DNA of 63,867 nucleotides, filler included, from Reticulomyxa filosa (Eukaryota > Protista > Foraminifera), in assembly GCA_000512085.1 (NCBI GenBank). It is 13 parts of 13 records of this genome, joined end to end, with 100 filler letters (N's around TTAATTAATTAA, not from the genome) between each part and the next. Parts side by side here need not be neighbours in the genome. Positions count along the whole stretch, not along the records: positions 62,868 to 63,867 come from ASPP01050213.1; 12 more parts are not named here. The stretch is one strand, 5' to 3'. Below the pieces are notes generated by a model. The model was not told the origin of the DNA and searched no databases. It saw nothing but the letters and a program-made list of their open reading frames with translations. This document shows positions 63,132-63,867 of this stretch, piece after piece. Numbering within the stretch: the first letter of the stretch is position 1; every line of letters begins with the position of its first letter. A program made the position numbers and the translations under genes.

Positions 63132-63867
63132 TCACTGCACCAGGTATACTTCAACCTCTTCGACCCGAAACCTTTCTCTGCCTGACAAAAAGCCTGCCTC
63201 TTCGGGGCCACTATAACTCTCAGGCTTGCAATGATTATCGTCTCTCGTATTGCAATTGTCGTACAACAGAATATCATTACCACTTCCTAAGGAGCAACAT
63301 TCCCCCGTCATTTGTGAGTTTGTGTATACGTAAGAATACATACGTACGTTTTTTTTTTGTTTTTTTTTTGGTAATAGAAAACATGCATACACATAATAAA
63401 AAAAAAAAATACATAAAATCAATGAGGAGGAAGATATATCGAACCAAATATTGGCCCATAAAGGGCATTGTGTCCAACTGCATGATTTTCCCCTTCAGGT
63501 CGAACTCTCCATTTTTTAGGTGAATAGCCTTTGGTATTCCTCAATAAAAAAACAAAGGCTCTGGCATCCTTTTTCCAGGCTCCATGGCTTGCCCACGGTA
63601 CCTCAGTGTATCCCCCAAAAACATGACCATATTTTTCGGATAGCACGAGAAGCAAGGTCGGCCCTTTTCCATCACATTTGCTATGAAAGTTTCTAGCTTT
63701 GAACCCATGACGACTTGCACGATATAGCAATGACACTTTGGTCAAGCGCTCTGGAATGAATGACAATAGAGCCGCTTCCTCTTCCGTCGTCAATATTGAC
63801 GAATGAAATTTGATTGGTGGGATGGTTTTAAATGCTACCGTTTCAGAGTATGGAGTGTACCACGTGC
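63132..63867 (-). CDS. TLDc-domain protein (bacterial/protist LLYRASRHG type), 5' partial
   Basis: LLYRASRHGFKARNFHSKCDGKGPTL..VFGGYT..W; intron 63287-63444 joins YGPIFG to SGNDILLYDNCN..FRVEEVEVY. Confidence 0.9.

Noticed and set aside
1044-63867. Alternative nuclear genetic code (stop reassignment)
   Set aside because: Intact genes end at TAA, TGA and TAG at expected C termini and have no internal stops; internal stops cluster in frameshifted relics.

Overview
This window is not one locus. It is 13 contigs joined by twelve artificial 100-nt spacers (N44-TTAATTAATTAA-N44). Twelve contigs are AT-rich, intron-containing eukaryotic DNA. The amplified WD40 family (CSGSxDxTIRxWDI...IxIWG), abundant decayed gene copies and homopolymer frameshifts suggest the foraminiferan Reticulomyxa filosa or a relative; this is recognition, not a search result. 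One contig (58698-60188) is GC-rich, intronless and bacterial-looking. Recognisable genes: two TLDc proteins, CC2D2A/MKS6, ANKRD13, JMJD5/KDM8, two WD40 paralogues, a CBS protein, a stand-alone RNase H, an RRM protein, a SAM + MIB/HERC2 protein, SAYSD1, C1D, a secreted EF-hand/ShKT/metallophosphoesterase, a RhoGAP lacking its arginine finger, Tim9 (missed by the ORF track), and NUDT17-like and HAX1-like fragments. Mobile DNA: a dead Tc1 transposase, a TA-flanked terminal repeat at four contig ends, a 966-bp TIR-bounded element and a non-LTR RT relic. Most notable: (1) most reconstructable introns start GTT rather than GTA/GTG; (2) a decayed triplication carries two micro-inversions and a microhomology deletion; (3) SAYSD1 has an in-frame SEC-C zinc motif behind a TAG; (4) a bacterial-type domain sits on a Ser/Thr stalk with a GPI-like tail; (5) the EF-hand/ShKT/GNND phosphoesterase fusion. 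All splice and domain calls were made by eye.
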